Shown piece by piece: positions 40,337 through 48,089 of a stretch of 63,938 nucleotides of DNA (the stretch's first letter is position 1; the number at the start of each line of letters is the position of its first letter). The DNA comes from Alphaproteobacteria bacterium (GTDB taxonomy: Bacteria; Pseudomonadota; Alphaproteobacteria; RF32; CAG-239): assembly GCA_017444525.1 (NCBI GenBank), contig JAFSWL010000019.1, forward strand, positions 1-63,938, in the 5' to 3' direction. The position numbers were made by a program, and so were the translations under genes. The notes under the pieces are model-generated. The model saw only the letters and a program-made list of their open reading frames with translations. It ran no database searches and was not told the origin of the DNA.

Positions 40337-40915
40337 ATGACAACATTTGTTTTAGCTTTGATTTTAGTTACTTTATATACACTTCCGGCGAATGCCAATC
40401 CGGCTTGTGCCGTATGCACTGTGGCGGTTGCCGCCGGTCTGGAAATTGCCCGCAAATTGGGAGTTGACGACGGAGTTATCGCCATTTGGGCCGGTGCTTT
40501 GCTGACTTTAATCGGTTATTGGACGATTCTCTGGTTTGATAAAAAAGGTTGGAATTTCAAATTTCGCAACGCGATTTTGATGTTGTTGTCTTTCTCAATG
40601 ATTTTTGCAGTATATATTAAAGATTTGACCTATACCCCGAAACCGATTCTGATTTTCTATATGGATCCGTTCCTGTTTTGTGGCATTTTGGGCGGCTTGA
40701 TTTTGATTTACAGCTCGGTGTTCTATCAATGGATGAAGAGAAAAAACGGCGGTCATGCACATTTCCCGTTTGAAAAAGTTGTATTACCGGTTGTAGCATT
40801 AGCCATTGCCGGATATGCCGTAAATTATCTGCACATATGCGAATCAGCAGCAAGCGAGGCTGCTACAGCGGCTATCCCTGCCGACGGCTCAGATATTTAC
40901 GATTTTGACGAATAA
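40337..40915 (+). CDS. Uncharacterised membrane protein with N-terminal CxxC
   Basis: Signal-like segment then NPACAVCTVAV..GVDD; GGHAHFPFEKV; several TMs. Confidence 0.75.
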   Translation: MTTFVLALILVTLYTLPANANPACAVCTVAVAAGLEIARKLGVDDGVIAIWAGALLTLIGYWTILWFDKKGWNFKFRNAILMLLSFSMIFAVYIKDLTYTPKPILIFYMDPFLFCGILGGLILIYSSVFYQWMKRKNGGHAHFPFEKVVLPVVALAIAGYAVNYLHICESAASEAATAAIPADGSDIYDFDE

Positions 40916-40942
40916 ACGAATATAAACCTGTATATTTTTTAT

Positions 40943-41048
40943 AAAATGCGATTAATGAGTCAAATACGCAGTTACCCTTTTTGCGCGGTGCACAAAAGAG
41001 GTACATAAGCAAAAAGGGCAACAAGTAGATGACCATTATACGGATTTT
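40943..41048 (-). repeat. Stop-codon-anchored palindromic element (single copy)
   Basis: Inner stem GTTACCCTTTTTGC/GCAAAAAGGGCAAC; overlaps the ileS TAA. Confidence 0.88.
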
Positions 41049-44000
41049 AAGCACATTTCTGAGCGTCATAAAGGACAGATATTCCTTCAATTTCTCCCTC
41101 AGTGCCGCCGGCGCAATCGGAAACAACCTTAATCGCCAAAACCTGATCGGCAATATAAGACTGATTTTCCTGCAAAGCCTTAGCCAATTCCGCATCAGCA
41201 GTGGAATAGTTGAGTTCGATACGGTCAGAAATATTGAAATCCTTATCCTTACGCAAAGTCTGTACCAAGCGCACGAAATCGCGAGCCATACCCTCACGTT
41301 TAAGTTCGTCGGTAACATTTGTATCAAGTGTCAAAACCGCTTTATTGTCGGCGAAAGATTGTCCGGCTACACCGTCTTTCATATCAAGGCGAACTTCAAA
41401 CAAATTGCTGGCCAGAACTTTGCCGCCGATAGACAATGTGCCATCGCTGTTCAATACCCAATTACCCTGCTTATAGGCAGCCATAACCGCGCCCATATCT
41501 TTACCCAATGTTTTACCCAAAAGCGGAGTATATAGATATACGCTCTTGGTTGCATAATTGCTCAAGTTATCATCAAAACGAACTTCTTTGACATTCAGCT
41601 CGTCTTTAACAATTTCCTGATACTCCGAAGAAAGCGATGCTCCGATAACCGTCATACTGGCAAGCGGCAGACGATTGCGCAGATTTTTTTCTTCACGGAT
41701 AAATTTGCCGGTTGAACACAAATCTTGAACAAAGTCCATTTCCGACATCAATTTTTCATCCGATTTAATAGCGTTTAAAGTCGGGTAATCGCATAGGTGT
41801 ACGGATTCTCCGCCGGTCAGATTCTTATATATGTATTCTGCAATAAATGGCATAACCGGCGCCGTCAGCTTTGCAACATTGACGAGCACGGTGTAAAGCG
41901 TATCAAAAGCCTGTGCATCACCGCGCCAAAAGCGCTCGCGAGTACGACGGATGTACCAGTTATTCAAAATTTCCATAAATGCGGCTGTTTCACTGCAAAC
42001 TTCGGCAATATCATACGTTTCAAAGCCGTGTTTTAATTTTTCACCAAGTGTTTTAAGTTTGGATAAAATATAATTATCCATCGCCTCGCTTGAAGCGGAA
42101 ATTTCCTTCGCTTTATAATCTTCTGCATTGGCATAAAGAGTAAAGAAGTAAAAAGCATTCCACAGCGGAATCATTGCCAAACGCGAAGCCTTGGCTATTT
42201 CCTTACCTTCTTTGTCAACAGCAACATTACCACCCTTCAACACCGGCGAAGAAACCAAGAACCAACGCAATGCCTCCGAACCGACGGTTTCCAGAATTTC
42301 ATTCGGATCCGGATAGTTTTTCAGGCGTTTGGAAAGTTTTTGCCCACCCTCAGCCATCAGCAAACCGGTGCAAATACAGTTTTTGAATGCCGGACGATTA
42401 TGCAAAGCAGTAGATAATACTGTCAAAGTATAGAACCAACCGCGGGTTTGGTCGATTGCTTCCACAATAAAATCCGCCGGAAAATGGTTTTCAAACCATT
42501 CTTTATTCTCAAACGGATAGTGCACTTGTGCATACGGCATCGAGCCGGATTCAAACCAACAATCAAAAACATCGCTGACCCGACGCATCATAGTTTTACC
42601 GGACGGATCATCCGGATTCGGATATACAACATCGTCAATATACGGCTTATGCAAATTTTCCACCGTTACGCCGGTTGCCGCCTTAATTTCATCCAGTGAA
42701 CCAAACACGTCAATACGCGGAAACTTCGGATTATCAGACTTCCAAACCGGAATCGGCGTACCCCAGAAACGATTGCGTGAAATCGACCAATCGCGTGCAC
42801 CCTCCAGCCATTTACCGAAACGACCGTCCTTTATATGCCCCGGAATCCAGTTGATTTGCTGATTATTAGCAACCATTTCGTCACGAAAATCGGTAACTTT
42901 AACAAACCATGAACTCATCGCCTTATAAATCAGCGGTGTATCGGTGCGCCAGCAATATGGATATGTGTGTGTATATTGCTCCTTTTTTACTAACAATCCG
43001 TTTGCCTTGAGCCATTGCATAATCGGCTCATTGGTGTCAAATACCTGTTGTCCGGCATAATCGGCAACTTCACTCGTAAATTTACCGGCTTCATCCACCG
43101 GACATACCACTGGAAAATTCTCATCATAAGCGCGGCAAGCCTCAAAGTCATCCTGACCGAAGCCAGGAGCAATATGCACCACGCCGGTACCGTCTTCGGT
43201 TGATACAAACTCACCGGAAAGTATTTTGAACGCGCCTTGTTCTTTCAGGTGCTTAAAATACGGGAACATCGGCTCATAACTCAAACCGAGCAAATCAGCT
43301 CCTTTAATGGTTTTAACCTGTGTTGCGTGTTCCAGTTGTTTTTTATAACTACCCAAACGCGCCACGGCGATAATATACTGTTGTCCATCTTCTTCCATTA
43401 CTGCATAGTCAATATCTTTGCCCACCGCTAACATTAAGTTGGAAGGTAACGTCCACGGCGTAGTGGTCCATACCAAAATTTTCTGCCCCGTTTCAAGTTT
43501 AAACATCACCGTTATGGCATTATCAGTCTTATCACGATAACCAAGATTCACCTCAAAGTTGGAAAGCGGAGTTTCCGCCGCCCACGAATACGGCAAAACG
43601 CGATAATCTTCATAAACCAAACCCTTGTCATACAGCGCCTTAAAGTTATGAATAACCGATTCCATAAACGACAGGTTCATTGTCTTATAATCGTGATTAA
43701 AGTCCACCCAACGCCCGATGCGTTTGAACATATCTACCCAAATACCGGAATATTTCAACACGTCTTTGCGGCAAAAATCATTAAACTTTTCTACACCGTA
43801 GGCTTCAATTTGTTTGCGCCCCGAAACTCCGAGTTGCTTTTCGGCAGACATTTCCGCCGGCAAACCATGACAATCCCAACCTAACCGGCGTTCCACTTTT
43901 TTGCCGTTCATAGTCTGAAAACGCGCCACAACATCTTTGACATAGCTTACCATAATGTGTCCGTAGTGCGGCGTTCCGTTGGCAAACGGCGGTCCGTCAT

Positions 44001-44139
44001 AAAACACAAACTCAGCGGCACCGTCACGATTGTGTACGGATTTTTCAAATGTATTATCTTCGTCCCAGAACTTTAAGACTTCTTTTTCCAGTTCGACAAA
44101 GTCCGGCTTTGCCTTTACTTCAGCATAGTATTTCGTCAT
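41047..44139 (-). CDS. ileS: Isoleucyl-tRNA synthetase, type 2
   Basis: DGPPFANGTPHYGH, GWDCHGLP, WTTTPWTLPSN, DQTRGWFY, KLSKR; type-2 C-terminus without Zn finger. Confidence 0.97.
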   Translation of the reverse strand: MTKYYAEVKAKPDFVELEKEVLKFWDEDNTFEKSVHNRDGAAEFVFYDGPPFANGTPHYGHIMVSYVKDVVARFQTMNGKKVERRLGWDCHGLPAEMSAEKQLGVSGRKQIEAYGVEKFNDFCRKDVLKYSGIWVDMFKRIGRWVDFNHDYKTMNLSFMESVIHNFKALYDKGLVYEDYRVLPYSWAAETPLSNFEVNLGYRDKTDNAITVMFKLETGQKILVWTTTPWTLPSNLMLAVGKDIDYAVMEEDGQQYIIAVARLGSYKKQLEHATQVKTIKGADLLGLSYEPMFPYFKHLKEQGAFKILSGEFVSTEDGTGVVHIAPGFGQDDFEACRAYDENFPVVCPVDEAGKFTSEVADYAGQQVFDTNEPIMQWLKANGLLVKKEQYTHTYPYCWRTDTPLIYKAMSSWFVKVTDFRDEMVANNQQINWIPGHIKDGRFGKWLEGARDWSISRNRFWGTPIPVWKSDNPKFPRIDVFGSLDEIKAATGVTVENLHKPYIDDVVYPNPDDPSGKTMMRRVSDVFDCWFESGSMPYAQVHYPFENKEWFENHFPADFIVEAIDQTRGWFYTLTVLSTALHNRPAFKNCICTGLLMAEGGQKLSKRLKNYPDPNEILETVGSEALRWFLVSSPVLKGGNVAVDKEGKEIAKASRLAMIPLWNAFYFFTLYANAEDYKAKEISASSEAMDNYILSKLKTLGEKLKHGFETYDIAEVCSETAAFMEILNNWYIRRTRERFWRGDAQAFDTLYTVLVNVAKLTAPVMPFIAEYIYKNLTGGESVHLCDYPTLNAIKSDEKLMSEMDFVQDLCSTGKFIREEKNLRNRLPLASMTVIGASLSSEYQEIVKDELNVKEVRFDDNLSNYATKSVYLYTPLLGKTLGKDMGAVMAAYKQGNWVLNSDGTLSIGGKVLASNLFEVRLDMKDGVAGQSFADNKAVLTLDTNVTDELKREGMARDFVRLVQTLRKDKDFNISDRIELNYSTADAELAKALQENQSYIADQVLAIKVVSDCAGGTEGEIEGISVLYDAQKCA

Positions 44140-44219
44140 ATTTAATACCTTAAATTTAATAGAAAATTGTTATAACAGATTTTTTTAAAAAGATTTTATG
44201 TAAAAGATGCCCTAATCCC

Positions 44220-44264
44220 CTAAGGGATAATATTGATAATGCGTGATATGTAAAACAGGCTCAT
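44220..44264 (-). CDS. Putative Ile-rich leader peptide MSLFYISRIINIIP
   Basis: AGAGGA RBS; 5 Ile codons in 14; ends 80 nt upstream of ileS. Confidence 0.7.
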   Translation of the reverse strand: MSLFYISRIINIIP

Positions 44265-44369
44265 CTTTTCCTCTTTATAATTAAACTGAAAGCAATGTAT
44301 ATCAACTTTTAACAAAGGTCAAGAGACTTTGCACCGATACATACAGCAAAATGCAAAATAGCAGAAACA

Positions 44370-44586
44370 ACAGCGGTGCATAACGTATAAAAAACCGTAG
44401 AATGCGGTAAATACGACGGAAGTCTGTTTATGCCGTGTACAAAAGAGGTACATAAAAAGCAGTGCTGCAGAACATATAAAAATCCGGATAATGAGTCAGA
44501 TACGAAGTTGCCCTTTTTGCGCGGTGTACAACAAAGGTACATAAGCAAAAAGGGCAACAAGTAGATGACCATTATACGGATTTTTT
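44370..44586 (-). repeat. Stop-codon-anchored palindromic element (full copy ~44478-44586) plus one half-copy
   Basis: Inner stem GTTGCCCTTTTTGC/GCAAAAAGGGCAAC; overlaps the nusG TAA; half-copy shares 46 identical bp with 212-257. Confidence 0.9.
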
Positions 44587-45127
44587 AAGATTTTTCGACT
44601 TGAGAAAATTCCAACTCCACCGGCGTATCGCGACCGAAAATAGATACCGATACTTTTAAACGCATTTTTTCGGTATCAACTTCTTCAACCACACCAACAA
44701 ATGATTCAAATGGACCGTCGGTTACTCTGATTTGTTCACCAATATCATAAGTTGCACCGGAAACAGGACGCTCTGCGCTTTCTTCAACCTGCTTGCGGAT
44801 TTTTTCGACTTCTGCCTCACTAATCGGTTGCGGTTTATTACGACTGCCCAAAAAGCCACTGACACGCGGAGTATTTTTCACAACCAACCAAGTTTCGTCG
44901 GAAAGTTCCATTTTTACCAGAATATAACCAGGGAAAAACTTATGAGCGACATCCTTACGCTTTTTACCCTCAGCATCTTTTCTTTCTTTAGGTTCTTGTT
45001 CCATCGGTACCCAAACTTCCTGAATACGATCTTCCATATTTTTAAGTTTAGCCTGTTCAGTCAGAGACTCAGCCACTTTTTTCTCCGAACCGGAATATAC
45101 ATTAATAACATACCAACGAGCTGCCAT
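44585..45127 (-). CDS. nusG: Transcription termination/antitermination factor NusG
   Basis: WYVINVYSGSE, FFPGYILV, DGPFESF, IFGRDTPVEL. Confidence 0.97.
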   Translation of the reverse strand: MAARWYVINVYSGSEKKVAESLTEQAKLKNMEDRIQEVWVPMEQEPKERKDAEGKKRKDVAHKFFPGYILVKMELSDETWLVVKNTPRVSGFLGSRNKPQPISEAEVEKIRKQVEESAERPVSGATYDIGEQIRVTDGPFESFVGVVEEVDTEKMRLKVSVSIFGRDTPVELEFSQVEKS

Positions 45128-45138
45128 AATACTTTCTC

Positions 45139-45330
45139 CTAACCCAATTGCAAAATTTTATCTACGCCCCAGCTCAACACGATATCCACCGTAAAGAAGA
45201 ATGCCGTGGCGATTGCAACCAAAATAACAACCATTGTACACGTAGGAATAACTTCCTTTTTTGTCGGCCAAGTAACTTTTTTCATTTCCTGCTTTACCTG
45301 ACGTAAGAACTGTAACGGACTAATACTCAT
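45139..45330 (-). CDS. secE: Preprotein translocase subunit SecE
   Basis: EMKKVTWPT; single TM; upstream of nusG. Confidence 0.93.
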   Translation of the reverse strand: MSISPLQFLRQVKQEMKKVTWPTKKEVIPTCTMVVILVAIATAFFFTVDIVLSWGVDKILQLG

Positions 45331-45562
45331 TTAAAACCTTTTATTATCATGTGTTAACAAACAGCCCACAACGAATCATATTCGCCGCAAACACAATTAT
45401 TTTGATGATATATAAAGGTTTTTATCTCTTATTGTCAAGAAAATCTTTGAATTTATCGCATATTTTTTATTTTACTGGCTTTACTGATGAGCATTAACCG
45501 ACTTTTAATAAAAAACTCATATACCACAAATTATTCTCTAACAAATAGATGAAAGCTAATTT

Positions 45563-46393
45563 ATGAACAGAATAAATGATCTGATAACATTTAAGCAGTA
45601 TTATTCAACTGCCGCCGAAAAAATTCCGGCAGATTCTTTTTTTCATGAAACGCTCAATCATAAATTCAGGCATTCGATAGAGGTGTTGCATTGGGGACAA
45701 TATATTTTAGAGCACACGCCGGAACTCCGCGACAAAGATAATTTTTTTCGTGATTTAGCGCAAAAAGCATTATTATTTCACGACGTTGGACGCTTTGAAG
45801 AAGCAGTACGCCGATACGAAACCGTTCAAAATGGTGTAAATTTAACTGACACATTACAGCTTTGCGATCATGGTCGCATTGGTTTTGAATTGTTGCAAAA
45901 TCGTCCTTCATACAATGATATGAGAATTTTATTTTCCCTGCTCTGGCACGGTAAAATGATGGAAGATGTTGTTAACTCGGTAATGTTTGATGAGCTGAAA
46001 GATACTCCATATTTTAAGGAAACAATGCTGATTCTTCGTTTGGTTCGAGATGCCGATAAACTGGCCAATCTCCGTGTCAATAAAGAGCTGGATCACTTGC
46101 GACAAGATATTTTTTACAAACAGCTTTCTGCTGAAATATTAAACGCACCGATTTCTACTGATGTTATGAACAGATTTTTATCGCATCAAGTAATTATATC
46201 ATCTTCTTTACGCTCCTTTGCCGACCGCATTATAATGGTTATATCTTGGTTTTTCGATCTTAACTACAAAATCTCGAAAAAAATATTTAAGCAGCAACAT
46301 TATGCCGATTTTTTCTTGGAAATGCTGTCGCAATACCATAAAAATCCTCGAGACATTACTCAAATCAAAGATTGCATAAATCACGAATTATGA
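45563..46393 (+). CDS. HD-domain metal-dependent phosphohydrolase
   Basis: KFRHS, LFHDVGRF, DHG, VRDADKL. Confidence 0.85.
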   Translation: MNRINDLITFKQYYSTAAEKIPADSFFHETLNHKFRHSIEVLHWGQYILEHTPELRDKDNFFRDLAQKALLFHDVGRFEEAVRRYETVQNGVNLTDTLQLCDHGRIGFELLQNRPSYNDMRILFSLLWHGKMMEDVVNSVMFDELKDTPYFKETMLILRLVRDADKLANLRVNKELDHLRQDIFYKQLSAEILNAPISTDVMNRFLSHQVIISSSLRSFADRIIMVISWFFDLNYKISKKIFKQQHYADFFLEMLSQYHKNPRDITQIKDCINHEL

Positions 46394-47082
46394 TTTCGCT
46401 GTTTGTTTGTTTTTCTTTGTGTAAACTCGTGGCTTTCCTCAAGATATTGCATAATTACATCATCTTGTAACGTATCATCAAGTGATATGGTTATCCAATA
46501 TTTTTTATTCATATGATACGCCGGATAAAAGCCTTTTTGCTTAATCAACAAAGGAATTTTATCTTCGTTTAATTTAATGTTCAGCACTTCTATTTTGCCA
46601 GTATCCGTCGGAATGATTTTACTTTTATCAATTGTCATTATTAAAGCGTACCATTTTGCGTTATCCGGATTGCGAAAGACCCCGTAATCATCATATTTTC
46701 CCCAAGGAAAATCCGGATCATCGCCGTATTTTTGCTTTATGTCCGCAGCAATGCGATTAGCTTGAACTCCGACAAAGTAATTTTCACGACAACACTTTTC
46801 CCGAATATTCTGCAGGATTTCTATATATGCAGCTCGCACTTCTCCGACATAACCAGCTGTCATTTCTTCAACCCGCAACGGCAAATACACATCTCCGCTG
46901 ACCTCGTCATAAACTTCACCTCTGATTTTACCGCTTCTGTCAATCTTTATCACGGCAATAAAATCACCGTTCATAAACGATTTTTCATAAACCATTGCAT
47001 CTCCTGATACCGAAAACCCATATTTTTTCAGTTTGGTAAAATCTACCTCTGCTCGCTTAAATATATTTTCTTCAATTGTCAT
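46381..47082 (-). CDS. MmcQ/YjbR-family DNA-binding protein
   Basis: VFR...KWYALI, PAYHMNKKYWITI. Confidence 0.88.
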   Translation of the reverse strand: MTIEENIFKRAEVDFTKLKKYGFSVSGDAMVYEKSFMNGDFIAVIKIDRSGKIRGEVYDEVSGDVYLPLRVEEMTAGYVGEVRAAYIEILQNIREKCCRENYFVGVQANRIAADIKQKYGDDPDFPWGKYDDYGVFRNPDNAKWYALIMTIDKSKIIPTDTGKIEVLNIKLNEDKIPLLIKQKGFYPAYHMNKKYWITISLDDTLQDDVIMQYLEESHEFTQRKTNKQRNHNS

Positions 47083-47091
47083 CTTATTCCT

Positions 47092-47919
47092 TCAGCAATT
47101 ACCGCTATGCACAAATTTCAAATATTTTTGCGCCGTATCTCGCAGCCGATAAATTGTTTCTAGCGGAGTTGCCGGAATATCGCTTTTATAACGCGGAAAA
47201 TAACGACTTATATGCAGAGGTATTTCTGCCGAAAGTGAAGCCAACCACTTCGCCTCTTCTTCCATTTCTTTCTCTCTGTCATTTTTAGTCGGCACAACCA
47301 GTGTTGTAACTTCAACATGGCATTTTTTATATGCCGTTGCAATAGTCTGTTTAACACAATCCAAACTTCCGCCTACATAGTCATAATATTCTTGTGTAAA
47401 CCCTTTCAAATCAATATTCATTGCATCAATCATAGGCAACAATTCTGCCAGCGGTTCCGGATTAATATGTCCGTTGCTGACCAGCACGGTTTTTAAGCCG
47501 ACCTGATGCAACAAAACACTACAATCACGCACAAATTCATAACTGATGAACGGCTCGTTATAAGTAAATGCCACTCCCAAATTTCCAGCCGGTTCTCTCG
47601 CCAATTTTAACGCCAACGCCGTCAATTCTTCAGGTGTTATCTGCTGTTGCGGCACATCATTTATTCCGGCCATAGATATCTGATAATTCTGACAAAACGG
47701 GCACCTCAAATTGCATCCAAAACTACCCAAAGACAAAATCATATTTTGCGGATAAAAATGGTGCAAAGGTTTTTTCTCTACCGGATCCAACGCTAAAGAG
47801 GTAAATCGCCCGTAATTTATCGGCTCGATACGACCATTTATGCATGCCCTTCCACGGCAGAAACCTTGCTGTCCCTCATTTAAGTTACACTTACGTGGAC
47901 ATATTGAGCATATCGACAT
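47092..47919 (-). CDS. AmmeMemoRadiSam-system radical SAM enzyme
   Basis: CSICPRKC, DPVEKKPL, GCNLRCPFCQN, FTYNEP, HISRYFP. Confidence 0.88.
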   Translation of the reverse strand: MSICSICPRKCNLNEGQQGFCRGRACINGRIEPINYGRFTSLALDPVEKKPLHHFYPQNMILSLGSFGCNLRCPFCQNYQISMAGINDVPQQQITPEELTALALKLAREPAGNLGVAFTYNEPFISYEFVRDCSVLLHQVGLKTVLVSNGHINPEPLAELLPMIDAMNIDLKGFTQEYYDYVGGSLDCVKQTIATAYKKCHVEVTTLVVPTKNDREKEMEEEAKWLASLSAEIPLHISRYFPRYKSDIPATPLETIYRLRDTAQKYLKFVHSGNC

Positions 47920-48000
47920 TAATATTCTCCTTATTATGGATAATTTTATGATTTTTAAATTACATGTCAATAACGATTTAACGTTTTAAATAACACAAAA

Positions 48001-48089
48001 AGGGGCGGATAAATCCACCGCCCTCTCTGTTTTATCTTATCGCTGTAAAAAAATAAAGGGCGGATAAATCCACCGCCCTCTCTGTTTTA
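48001..48089 (-). terminator. Tandemly duplicated terminator hairpin
   Basis: GGGCGGATAAATCCACCGCCCTCTCTGTTTTA at ~48003-48034 and ~48058-48089. Confidence 0.75.

Noticed and set aside
44140-44330. T-box riboswitch upstream of ileS
   Set aside because: No T-box consensus (TGGNACC) or stem I motifs; a leader peptide fits better.
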